The position numbers and the translations under genes are program-made. This document shows, piece by piece, positions 23,724 through 35,308 of a stretch of DNA of 64,000 nucleotides (position 1 is the first letter of the stretch; each line of letters begins with the position of its first letter). Below the pieces are notes generated by a model, which ran no database searches, was not told where the DNA came from, and saw nothing but the letters and a program-made list of their open reading frames with translations. Source of the DNA: Utricularia gibba (taxonomy: Eukaryota > Plantae > Magnoliophyta). The DNA is taken from positions 1,178,001 to 1,242,000 of the forward strand of contig NEEC01000007.1 of assembly GCA_002189035.1 (NCBI GenBank), in the 5' to 3' direction.

Positions 23724-26277
23724 TCATGGATCCATATCCATCTCAGCGGAACCACCATCCGCGGGCTCATCAGGTGCGGTGACAAATGCTTCATTTGGAT
23801 ACAGATCGCGAAATAACTGCAATAACCGACCAGCGAGTCGAAAACAGGATTATGATGCATCCACTCACAGCAAACGATTATGAAATGAATACCTTCTCTG
23901 TCGCCTCGAGGAGTTTGCTGTAATCAAGATGTTCATCTGGTGTCATTGCATGCCTGATGGAGCCCGAAGACGCATAAGCCTACAAAACAGAAACAAACGC
24001 AACCGCATACGCTAATTCCAGCGTAAGAGGAGTTGGGAAGACTAGTTACAATGGAAGTTGAAAACAAAAAACAAACCTTTTGCAGCTCTTGTATATACAA
24101 CGCACTCCAGAGTAGGTGTGGCTTGTTCTCCAGATGCTCAGAGGAATCATGTGTCCCCTCTTTTTCAAGGTCTCCGGAGTCATATACAAGGAATAAGGCA
24201 TTCATGGCTGCATTCAACAGTTTCTTCCCCTCTTCAGCCGTGTCACATACCGCAGAGAGATAACTGACATACCTGGCAGCAAGATAACAATATACTCCAC
24301 ATGAAAGGGTATTCCATGTTTGTGTATCAAGGCGCAGATACTAAAAACAGTCAAAAGTTTTGTTAAACAGCAATGCCTAACATGGGCCATCAATATCATT
24401 TGCATGGAAAATATTGCCTATGCTTGAATGCCACGGAGTGAGAGTAGGGTGGTATAGCTTACATCCCAGAAGGGCAAACAGCCATGCTGCAACTAAGCTG
24501 GAGCACACGAATGGAGGTTATTTGCTCAGGATACAAAGCTGAATAACGGGAACATTAGAACACCAGAGTTTTCATTCTAAACATCTTTAAAAGAAAGTGC
24601 TCTGACATACATCTTGGTGGGAAGAACACCAGAAAGTTCTCCGCATCAGGTCTTATAGAAGCTTCTGCGACACATATTCCCCTAGCAACCATCTCTTTGG
24701 AGTCTTCAGGACAAACCGAGTGTTTGGCATGAGGAAAATTTGATGGGATTGACAAAGAAGGGGGAGAATTAGTGTAGAACTGAATATCTCTTGACCAGAG
24801 ACTAATTTGATGCCTTTATACATATTCGTATCCTGTACATATAACAAAACAAAACAAAGTTCAAGAAGAGAAAATGGAGGACATTAATTTACAAAAGCAT
24901 TTCAATGAGGAGATTTCAGCATAAATTAAAGACCAAACCTTGTCCATGAGAACAGAAACTGCAGGCATTCCCAAACCCTGCATGAAGAGTCTGAAAGATT
25001 TAGAATTAGAAATAGCATTCACAGGTCATTCTGGAATGGCACGACATAAAATAAGCAAATTATGGAGATGTCAATATCAGAAACCTACACCGTGAAACTA
25101 TGCTTACACAGATGCAGCCCTTCACAGCAGAACGGCGGCAAAAGGCTTGTGGCAATTCCACATGGCCATACATTGGGTACAGTATGGCACTATTTGCATT
25201 CGAGAATCTAGAAAGGCGAAGAGTAGTGTTAAAATGGTTACATTCAACTAATCTCTAATAAAAAAAACAGAGCTCAGAAACAATAACGAACCGGCCAACA
25301 GAAGAGTGATAAAGTGCCAAACGATCTATTGCATTTTTAGTATACACAATATCTCTACAGACTTCAACATCTTCCTGATCATAATTGGCTTGAACAATCG
25401 CATATAAAACGAACCTGGACAATAAAAACTGTGCGTTAGAAAGAATTCAAGACCCGAAATTTTGATCAAATCCATGAGACTGTCCCATAGTCACATTGAA
25501 AAACCATTCAGGCAGAAAGAAAAATGTGAACCCCAAAGTAGGATTGTCACTAACAGTGAATAACAGAGAAAAGGTGAAAAACAGTTGGTACGATTTCAAC
25601 TTCTGCGACAACCCCATTTTGGACAAGAACTTCACAACTGGGCTCTCCAAATCCTCTTTAGAAATCTCCATTTCACTTCGTTCACCCGGAATGGAAATGA
25701 AGTGCCCCTGAACTAATTTGAAGAACTTCATCAACTGATTTTTCTCAATGAGAGTCAAAGTACGGTCCTTGAAGATAGCACTCCGAGAGTCAGGCACAGT
25801 AACTAATTTTCCGGTCGCATCGCTCACAAAACTGGCTTCTACACTTTTGAACTCCATATAATTGTTAACACCAGTTTTGATTATCAAATCAATCATCGAA
25901 TCAGAGCACAGGAATACCCTCGGTGCGCCCAAATCAAAAATGAATTTTCCAGAACTTTCGATGGGTTTCGAAGAGTAGGAGTTGATCTCCAATTCGGAAT
26001 AAAGAGAGCGACCCACAAGCGGGAAAGAGGCATAATCATTGGACTCGAGGGATAAGCATGACGGTAAGCGGAAGTCAGATTGAAGGAAGGAAACTAGGTC
26101 GTCAAGTGTGAGGGAAGCAAAATGTTGACCATAGAAGTTATTGGGATCGAGTTGAAGGACAGCTTTCCCGGCAGCAGACGCTGCGGATGCGATAATGGAT
26201 TCCGGCAACCCTGTGCCGATGACAATAAGGTCGAAAGATGAGGGCTCTACGAGTGGACAACGAGCATTACCCTCCAT
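23724..26277 (-). CDS. REP: Rab escort protein (Rab geranylgeranyltransferase component A); apparent -1 frameshift at 24760-24764
   Basis: Motifs: FDLIVIGTGLPESIIASAASAAGKAVLQLDPNNFYG, YPMYGHVELPQAFCRRSAVKG and VARGICV; ends LFRDLYPNE...MDP*. Exon 24832-24611 is 222 nt but the flanking phases require 223. Confidence 0.92.
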
Positions 26278-27236
26278 CCTCAACTCAAAACAGAGCAAGA
26301 GACGGCGACAGCATCCAGCACCAACTTGTTCATCCAAATTTCAACACCTGCAACATCAAAAAGGTTAACAATGCCCAAACTTTTGTTTTTACTTGAGTAA
26401 ACCGGACATTCTTGAATCACACGCAGACACAGAAAAGGGCATAGATCAAACTTAGGGTTCTTCAACGCCGGAAGCAGCGACAGAGCACGCAGCAACAGAA
26501 ATTTCGAAGTGAAATCGACGAAGGCCAAATGAAAAAAAAAAAGACCAAATTATGATCATCAAAACACTCACAAACGCACAAGTCCTTTGCATTGCAGCAT
26601 TTAAGATCAAAAATTTGAAAGATACATGTTTCAATGGCTTCACTGAACTAACTGCGAACCGCCTGTCACTTACAAACTCGTCCGAAATCTGAAGAATCAG
26701 TTTCTGTCGTCTGCTTGGACTTCAATCCGATTTGGAAGACGCCGTTCCTGGAAAGAAGAATCCAAGAAACGGAAACCAATTTCAGACCAAGAGTGGGCCG
26801 GGTCAGTCTCCCAAACCCCGCTCAGGCCCATTCAAGCCCATTTTAAAACGAATCCACTTTTTCAAGACTTTTCTTGATTTATTTTCATTTATAAATAAAA
26901 AAAAACGAAAATTCTTTTTATTTTATTATAAATAATTTTCGAAAATAATAGCAAACATAACCTGCTCCGCATATTGACTTGGAACTCTAGATACGGCCAA
27001 CGCAAATCGAAATGGGGCGGTCGGCCGGCGGCGCAGCTGCTGCCCGTGTATCAGTTTAGGGAGAAAATGTTGTTGGAGCATTGATATGTAACTCCGAATT
27101 GGTGAAAAACAAGTCGCTGGTTCTGGGTTCGGAGAGAAGAGGAGATGAAAAACTGATGAATCTGAAATCCAATGAATTTTTCAGAAAGAAAAGGGAAGCC
27201 AAGCTAACCAATCAAAGAAAGATACCAGCTTTTTTT

Positions 27237-29725
27237 TCAAAGAGGTGAGGTTCCGGAGGACTCGGCGGCGGCAGTTACCGGAGCGGTGTAGCCGTCAACT
27301 GCTTGGTTTAATCTCGCGACCCAAACATCGTAATCAACATGATACGTCGTCCCACATATGCTATCAACGTAATCGGCAAAAGCTTTTAAGATCGGCGAGA
27401 TTTGCCCCAACCGTTGCTGGAAAACCCGCTTTGCCCAACCTCTCTTCCTCCACTTCAGCGCCGATTCAATGGAATCCAGCGGCGGCGCCGTACCGCCTGA
27501 GATGAAATATATAAGGTAAACGAGGCTCTCGATGTCGGATGAGGGGCATAATTTCCCGTGCTGAAGTGTGTAAGTCGACGAGAATTGAAGATTCAAGGGA
27601 GGACTCTCGCGCTCCTCGAGAACTGCACGGCCCCATGAAATGAGAACGAAGGACGCATCCTGATCTTCGCTACCCACAATGCGAACTACGTTTTCCGGCC
27701 GGATATCGCCGTGAAGTACATTCGCCATCTTCGCATTTTGTAGCGCGATCAAGCAATCTCTGCAACAAGTGGCAATTTCGTCCGCTGGGAACCGGAAGGA
27801 TGAAAGGGGATCGCCGACGGGTGACGTAACAAGAATCGGCGTACCACACCATGGATGACTGCAACGTTCCTTTGTTCCCTGCTTCTCACAGGCCCCCGGG
27901 TGCATAATTCTTCCTGATGCTACAATTTCCGGCAGATTCTTACAAGAAACGCCTCTCAAAATGTTCAGCACCTTCGTTTGTCTCTGCACCGTGTACCACA
28001 AATTCATATCTTCCCACGATGGCTGAAGGCGGGAAGGATGAGCACCGACATATAAATTCATCGGTTCTGTTCCAGTAGTTGTTGAAAAAGCAATATACGA
28101 ACTGTTCCCTTCATCAAGAGGCTCTTGTATTTGGAAGCTCTTGAACCCCTGGTTCTGATCTTCGAGTAAAATGATTTCTCCAGGAGAAAGATTCAATCTT
28201 GATCCCTGTTGCTGATATCTGTGATCCGTTTCTTCCGTTATTTCCATCGTTTTTACATGGGAAACTAAAGCGTCTTCAGCTTCAGCCATCTGAGTTTCCA
28301 TTCTACGTTTCTGCAGACGGAGGATGTGGCAAGAAGCAAGAGAAGCCATAGACTTTCTGGGTGGTCCAATGCATTGAACCATGGAGTAGAATGTGGCTAA
28401 TAGTATTTGCAGAGCTCCCAAGTCTCCCCAGTTCACATTCCCAAGCTTGTTCCATATCGGATCCATGTGGGAAATGCAGATATCTCCATGCAGTTTGATC
28501 CATTCTGCCATAGACTGATACGGGTTGCTCGAATCGAAATCAAGCTTGCTGAGATCACCACCGAGTTTCACAACTCCTCCAAATTTGCGATCAAGAACTG
28601 ATACAAAGACACAATCAATGGCAACAGACTGTTTTCCTAGACTCCGGGAGATGAGTATGTGGATTGCATAGAAGACTGCTTCACAGAGAAGTGTAGGGGA
28701 GAGCCAAAAACCATCTGTCCCTCTAAGACACTGCCTAAACATCACAAATTTTACTATATCTTCCCAACCGGAATTCCTGCAGGAGTCATTCTTCTTATCG
28801 CACATCAAAGCAGCACCGCAAAACCTCTTTACTATCCCCTTTGAGACAGCCTTCTGTATGGGGTAGAACTTCTTCGATCCAGGGGAACGAGGGCATGCTA
28901 CAGTGAAAGGCATTGGCTTCTTCTTATGCCAAAACGTGCGCCACAGTCCATCCGCAGTGGTGAATAGAAAATCCTCGACAGCGAGTAGCTCATCTTCACT
29001 AACACTATCTGATCCATGCGGAGGGTATGGCATTCGAAGGAGCTGTTGAAATGGAACACTCTCCACTGCAAAATCGAAGGTCCTGAGTTCATCAATCAAG
29101 AAAGGGGAGCTAAACTGTGGTTCACCCTCGTTATTTCTACCATATATCTTCTCCCTGAGCCAGTCCTCTAGATATTCTGAAAACGTATTGAAGTCGGCTA
29201 GTTTTGATGAATACCACTTTAAGACTCTGTACAATCTTTCCCAAGTTGGGATCAATTCACCACCAGTTTTGTATTTCGAACGGCTAGAAGACACTGCATA
29301 GATATTGCTTCACATGAATAAATTTACGAGTTGGTAAAGGAGAAGAGGAGTCAGAATACCCACAAGAAAACATCTCTAATTTCCAGAACCCCCAAAAAAA
29401 GCTAACATGCTCAAATACCTGATCCTGATCCAGTCTTTCTGAAGCTTCCATCTAAGCTATGTGAAGGGGACCATTCGGAATCGACTTCCTGAGTTCCTAG
29501 ATTTAGAAAAACAAAGTCGACAATGTAATTTGTAAAGTCACAACCCCAAATGCAGCATATTACCACTATAAGTTTTGAATCTGGCATCGAATTCATCCAT
29601 TAGGGTTCACGGCCAGCTTCAACTGGGTTTCTTTTCCCAGCGTCTAAATTCAAAAAACAGACAAGAAACAGACTACCCACTACACAAAACAAGTAAAAGA
29701 TGACGGAAAGCATACCCAGACTCAT
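27237..29725 (-). CDS. Conserved plant protein with C-terminal protein-kinase-like domain (atypical or pseudokinase)
   Basis: Exons 29725-29716, 29496-29419 (SPSHSLDGSFRK) and 29293-27237 (685-codon ORF). Catalytic-loop-like LHGDIRPENV at 27690-27713, and SWG at the DFG position. Confidence 0.85.
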
Positions 29726-30398
29726 CTTGAAAGCAGCCGCAATGGAGTATTCCCAGGAAACCAACTTGGAAATCTCAAACAAGATTAGGAAGCAGGCAAA
29801 GCCGACACCCGGATGCAAACATTTCACACAATGCAGCCTAGAAGTACTGCGAACAGGGAAAGGATGAAAGATCGAAGATTGAGGATGAAAAGGGACGAAG
29901 GCGAGGCAGGGTGGGGTTTGAGCGATGATGTTGATTGTACATTCGCCGGTGTTCCTAAGGCATCACTGTCCGGGTTGAGTGGCACTGGTCTCACGCTCGC
30001 TCATTCTTGGCTGCTTTCTCTCGATTCTTCTCTCACCATCGCCTTTAATTCTTCTTCTTTAGTTGAGTTTCGAATATTTTAACACACTGCTGTCTCGCTT
30101 TTTCATGGTCTTCATGTGCTCTTGCCAACCTTCGAAAACCTTTTTTTTTTCTTTGTTTAAATAAATAAATATAAAAAACTAAAAACAAATGAGAATAATG
30201 GCCTTTTATAATTATATATTATTATTAATTGCGTAGTGGCAATAATTATATAAATTGAAATAAAAATAAGATACAATTTTTTATTCTATTTTTAGGACAT
30301 ACTTCTATTTGATTGATTTAGGGCAAGCAAAGTGATGCTATTTGTAGAAGGAATTATGGAGGAGGAGGAGTAGCGATGCCCTTTCTAGTGACGTGGCA

Positions 30399-31196
30399 TT
30401 AGAATTTGCTCTTGAGGGCATCGATCACCTTCTTATCGACCTGGAACGCCTTCGCCAGCACATCCGGATTGATGGACGGGGTCGACCCGAACACCGCGTT
30501 CGCCACCGTGATGACGCCGGGGTTCTGGTTTCCGAGAGCTGTGAACGCCACGGCGGTGATGTTGGCGACGTTGAACTGAAAGTGGATCAGCCCCTGGGGA
30601 AAGACGAACACGTCGCCTGGGAACAGGTACTTGGCGAAGAGCTGGTTCTTGGTGTTGGGTGTGGTGGGGTTTGACGTCAGGAATCCGGCGTATAGAGTCC
30701 CCTGCAGCACGAACAGAATTTCGGAGGCTCGGGGGTGGATGTGCGGGCCGTTCATTCCGTAGGGAGCCAGGTCGATGCGTGCGAAGGAGACTCCGAGGGT
30801 GTTGAGGCCGGGGACTTGGTTCACGTTCGCCATGGTGACGACGGATCCGTCGCGGTTGAACGCGTTTCCCGGCCTGTTCAACCCCTGGAAGTAGAAGTCC
30901 TCCGGCACCACCGTCGCAGGGTTCTTGCAAATCTTTCCGTTCACCAACACTGCACACAAATTCCGCATCACACACGTTAGTCTCCGTTCAATATCACTGC
31001 ACAAGAAAAGAGTTCCCTTGCTCCCATATTCCCCATGAGGCCAAGGCCGCGCACTCAGACCGGAGAATCCGGTAGGCATTACCGGCAGCTGCGGAGTCAG
31101 GGAGGGCGACGCAGAAGTCTTGTTGCGGGCGGGATCGGAGGCGAATACGGAGGCCCAGAGGGAGAACAGGAAGAGGGAGCAAAGAGCAAGATCCAT
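30399..31196 (-). CDS. Germin-like protein (cupin); apparent -1 frameshift at 31127-31129
   Basis: Signal peptide, box A QDFCVA (out of frame), intron 31082-30950, germin boxes GMNGPHIHPRASE and GDVFVFPQGLIHFQFN. Adding one C gives 221 aa. Confidence 0.93.
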   Translation of the reverse strand: MDLALCSLFLFSLWASVFASDPARNKTSASPSLTPQLPVMPTGFSGLSARPWPHGEYGSKGTLFLCSDIERRLTCVMRNLCAVLVNGKICKNPATVVPEDFYFQGLNRPGNAFNRDGSVVTMANVNQVPGLNTLGVSFARIDLAPYGMNGPHIHPRASEILFVLQGTLYAGFLTSNPTTPNTKNQLFAKYLFPGDVFVFPQGLIHFQFNVANITAVAFTALGNQNPGVITVANAVFGSTPSINPDVLAKAFQVDKKVIDALKSKF

Positions 31197-32149
31197 GTTC
31201 ATTGATCGACGCCGCAGACGCTGTGCTTCTTCTTCTTCTGTAGCCGGAAGATCGGTTGGTTGGGGATCAAGGGGATGGATGCATAGTTTTATAGTGGAAT
31301 TCCCTCTCAGATACCAATTAATGCAATAATGGAGATATCCCAAGCCGTCTAAGCCTTCGAGAATACGACAGGGAATTTGCCAGACGGAGGTTCCGTACTT
31401 CTCTTCTCCTGCATTAAACAATGCTGCACTTCTAATGGAGTTATTTCAAAGCACAACTTACCTTGGATTTACTCCGCTTTTAATCATGTTTGAACTCTGG
31501 AGTTGAATGCCAACCTTTTGGAATTTATAGTCAAATAATTAAATTTATTCGAATTAATTTACATAAAATTATAGAAATATTAATATTAACTATAACATTT
31601 TATAAATAGATTTAATCTCTTGATATTATATGAAATTTTTTTCATAAAAGTGAAAAACATAAAATCTTAAAGATCAAATGACATGCATTTTAAAATTGCT
31701 ATTTTTGGTGGTAAAATATCTAGTCTAGGTATAAACTCGAGTTTTTCTGCAATTAGAAAGGGATCCGAGACTAGGAATGCTCCCAATAAAGAAGATGTTT
31801 CTTTCTCCCCTCTCCTAAAATAGTAGCTCCTATAAATTGATTCTGTATTTTGACAACAAATCAGATTTATTAAATTTCAATTTTATTTTAAAAATGCCAC
31901 GTGGGTCTCTTTTCCAAGTAATATAATAGGTGAAATGATTTTCTATTATTATTGTGTGATATTTCATCTCAGATTATTCCCTTGGTTGAGTCATGCGCGT
32001 GAATCAAGTACATTATTGATTCCTTAATTATCGTCATTACCATTAATACACTTTTTGTTTTAGTCTCATCTTTTACTCACGTGTTGAATTCTGGAATTTC
32101 ACTCACAAAGACTTGGGGGGGATGAATAATACCTTTTAATGCATTGAGA

Positions 32150-32335
32150 TATTTTTAGTTTTTCCGATGTGCTGGAAGTGGATCAGGCCCTGAGGGAACA
32201 GGAAGGCATCTGCTTGGTGGAGGGTCTTCTCAAACGACTGATGATTTGAGTCGACGAAACCGAGCTCGAGAGTTCCTTCAAACACAAGAAGTCGGCTTCT
32301 TGATCCCACGTTGGTTGGCTTGTATGGAGGCATGA
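32150..32335 (-). pseudogene. Degenerate germin-like fragment
   Basis: Reads LLVFEGTLELGFVDSN...KTLHQADAFLFPQGLIHFQ (germin box 2). Box 1 is degraded (PPYKP), and there is no signal peptide or C-terminus. Confidence 0.8.
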
Positions 32336-32610
32336 TGGGGACTAAGGTACCAGAGATGGTTTCTGTGCTGTGCTTCTGAACTGTTTATAACAAAAGGCTA
32401 TTAATGACGCTGAGAATTAGAAGTCAATGCAAAACTTGTGAAGTATCACTTAGAGCAGCTTAAACTATCGGTGCACATGCAAGAATTGAATCTCAGTAAA
32501 CTACATCATTCATGATGTACTAAGCATATCCACCAGTTCATGCATTTGATTGCCCTGAGACTCAAGGCCAAACTAGTGGTATCAAGGTTTCAAAACCGTA
32601 CCTCTCAAGC

Positions 32611-33636
32611 TCATCTAAGCATCGAGTAAGTAATGAACTCTGGTGAAGTAAACTGAAATGGCTGAAGAGGAACAGGATTCCTGCAGTTGGGGAAGCCACA
32701 TTACGGTCTACCTTTGACAGCCATTATTTGGGACGGTGAGTAAGGCGGAAAGGAGTACTTACGGACGAGGACCGTAAACTTTTATCTGGCGCACATGTGT
32801 GTCCTTCCCATTTAGATGGTTAGACAAAACCGCAATCTGCAACATGAATGTGTTCACGAACGTTTCCCTGAGATGCATTTCAACAACTGTTTTCCTTAGT
32901 TGGATGGTAAAAAAGCACGGAGTGATATAACAAAGTGCAGCACACGCATCAAACACTAGCTACTGTGGGCTTTAATTAACACCTTGGGTCAGTGCCTGAC
33001 AAAGAGATATACACCCACCCTGTAGGCTTAACAAGCTCTACAACCTTGATCTCCTGGATCAATTTCAAAAGAAAACCATGTAAAAGAACATTCATAAGTA
33101 GAGTGAAAAAGAGAAAGGAAAATAGCACAAATTCTTTCCAGGCACATTCATTCAAGAACAACTCTACCTTCAAGTTATGAAACCCATCACCTGCTCGAAT
33201 AGACATCTTACTGGGCGTGTAGCTCTCATCAAGCTTAAAATCAACGTAAACAGCAACTAATTGAAGTTTTGCTTTCCTCTGGAACTGTATATTCACCAAA
33301 TGAGGTTGTGCACCATCAGACCTGAGCCTCAACAAACACAATCCGATAAACATAGATACACTAAAGCTTAGCGACACGATAACATGTAACGAAAACCATA
33401 GTTCCAATGCTACAAGAAGGAACAAAAAAAAAAAAAAGGAAAGAAAAGCGAAGCACTCACTGCCAGTATGTCTCTAGATTGTCATCGCGAAGTGAGGAAA
33501 CGCCGCTTCCAGGCTTGCAGGAACTGACACTCCACGCTGCCTTCTTCGCCATTTCACGAAGCTGCTCATCTACAATCAATTGGGGGCTCCCTCCTGTAAG
33601 CTTCCCTTCCTCCTCCCCTTCCGAGGATTCCGCCAT
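32611..33636 (-). CDS. APC10: Anaphase-promoting complex subunit 10 (DOC1)
   Basis: Five exons: [12 protein letters not shown]...[11 protein letters not shown]...[17 protein letters not shown]...DESYTPSK...[20 protein letters not shown]...EFITYSMLR*. Confidence 0.96.
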
Positions 33637-33859
33637 TATTCATTCCTTCGATGGGACAAGCCCTAATTCATTTAAAAAGAAAAAAAAAAAACAAAGTTGT
33701 TATATAATTTTTAATAATATATTAAGAATATTCTTTATTATATTCATAATAATAACGGATATAAATCTTTTACCTGTCGAAACCTGAATTCATTCTAAAG
33801 AGGGGACGCGAGGGAGTCATCACCATGCAATAGAATGAGTTGAAGGCAGTTCGAGAACA

Positions 33860-35039
33860 ATGGGGGCGAGAGACAACGAAAGAGAATCCGAACGCCTGAT
33901 TCCGCTGTCGATCAGCGCCGGCGACGCACCGATGTTCGAGTCTTCCTCCACCGGCGACTCATCATCCGCCTCTGCCGCGAGCAAGCAGGTTTCAAATCTC
34001 GAACCAATTTTCTATCTCGAGTCTGATTCGCAGACCGATTGATCGACTAGTTTCTGTTTACAGGCATTCACCATTGTGATCCGCAGCTGGCTGTGGAAAA
34101 AGTTCATGACCGGATGGTTAGTAAACTCACGTTTAAATCACCACCGGTGTTTTGTACGGTCTCTCAAAAACGATGTGATCGGAATTATGAAACACTCGTT
34201 TGCAGTGTCATCTTGCTTCCGATCGCCATCACGTTCTACATCACCTGGTGCGTCGTTCATTTCGTCGACGGATTCTTCTCTCCTGTGTACGGCCAGCTGG
34301 GGATCAATGTGTTCGGTATGTGCCTTATGTATATAACAAGTAGAAAAGTAGCACATAGTTGTTAAACTCTGCACCGCATACCTTGTGATGAGGTGAGTTT
34401 CATTTTCATCTGGTGCTAAAGCAATCTGTAAGCACTGATTTACAGGCCTGGGATTCGTAACTTCGATACCTGTGATCTTCCTTGTTGGAGTTTTCACATC
34501 CTCTTGGGTGGGTGCATCACTTTTTGCTCTGGGAGAGTGGTTCATTGTAAAGATGCCGCTCATGAGTTACATATACGCAGCATCAAAGCAGATTAGCTCA
34601 GCCATTTCTCCAGGTAAACAACCCTTGGAACTGGAACAACTTCTTGAGAGATGGCGATAACATGTTACCTGCACAGATGAGTCTTCACATGCCTTCAAGG
34701 AAGCGGCTATAATAAAGCATCCGCATGGTGGTGGCTATGCCCTCGGCTTCATCACATCGTACGTCGTTCTTCGGAGAAGAATGGATCATGAGGAGCTGTG
34801 CTGTGTGTATGTCCCCACAAACCATCTTTACCTGGGAGATGTCTTTCTAATCAATTCCAAAGACATCATCAGACCAGATCTGTCTGTGAGAGAGTGCATA
34901 GGTACAATCTCTAAAACTTCACTTCCCACTGATCAAATTGCTGAGAACAGCTGCTAATCTTGCTGTTTTCCTCGACGCAGAAATCGTCATTTCAGGAGGA
35001 ATGTCCATACCAAAGTTGCTGACCGTTATGGATTCATGA
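33860..35039 (+). CDS. LCV: LIKE-COV / COV1 family membrane protein (DUF502)
   Basis: Six exons, including WKKFMTGCVILLPIAITFYITW, VDGFFSP, IYAASKQISSAISP, YVPTNHLYLGD and ISGGMSIP. Confidence 0.92.
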
Positions 35040-35308
35040 GCCTGGCGCTCCCTAAACTGGTACTGAACACAACACGTTCACTCATATATTCAATAACCCG
35101 AGATTACTTACCAAGATGTGAATCCCAGAAAAATGATGCTATTGCCGTAAAAGTTACACGGTTCCTGCCAAAATGACACTCTTCTACAGAGGTCAAACCA
35201 CCATGCCTTTCTAGAATATTCCTCCACCAATATAGACAAAAAAGGAGAGGAAATATAAGCATTAGAATTAGCTTTTAAGAGAAACCAGCTTTCCTGATGG
35301 ATGATTTA

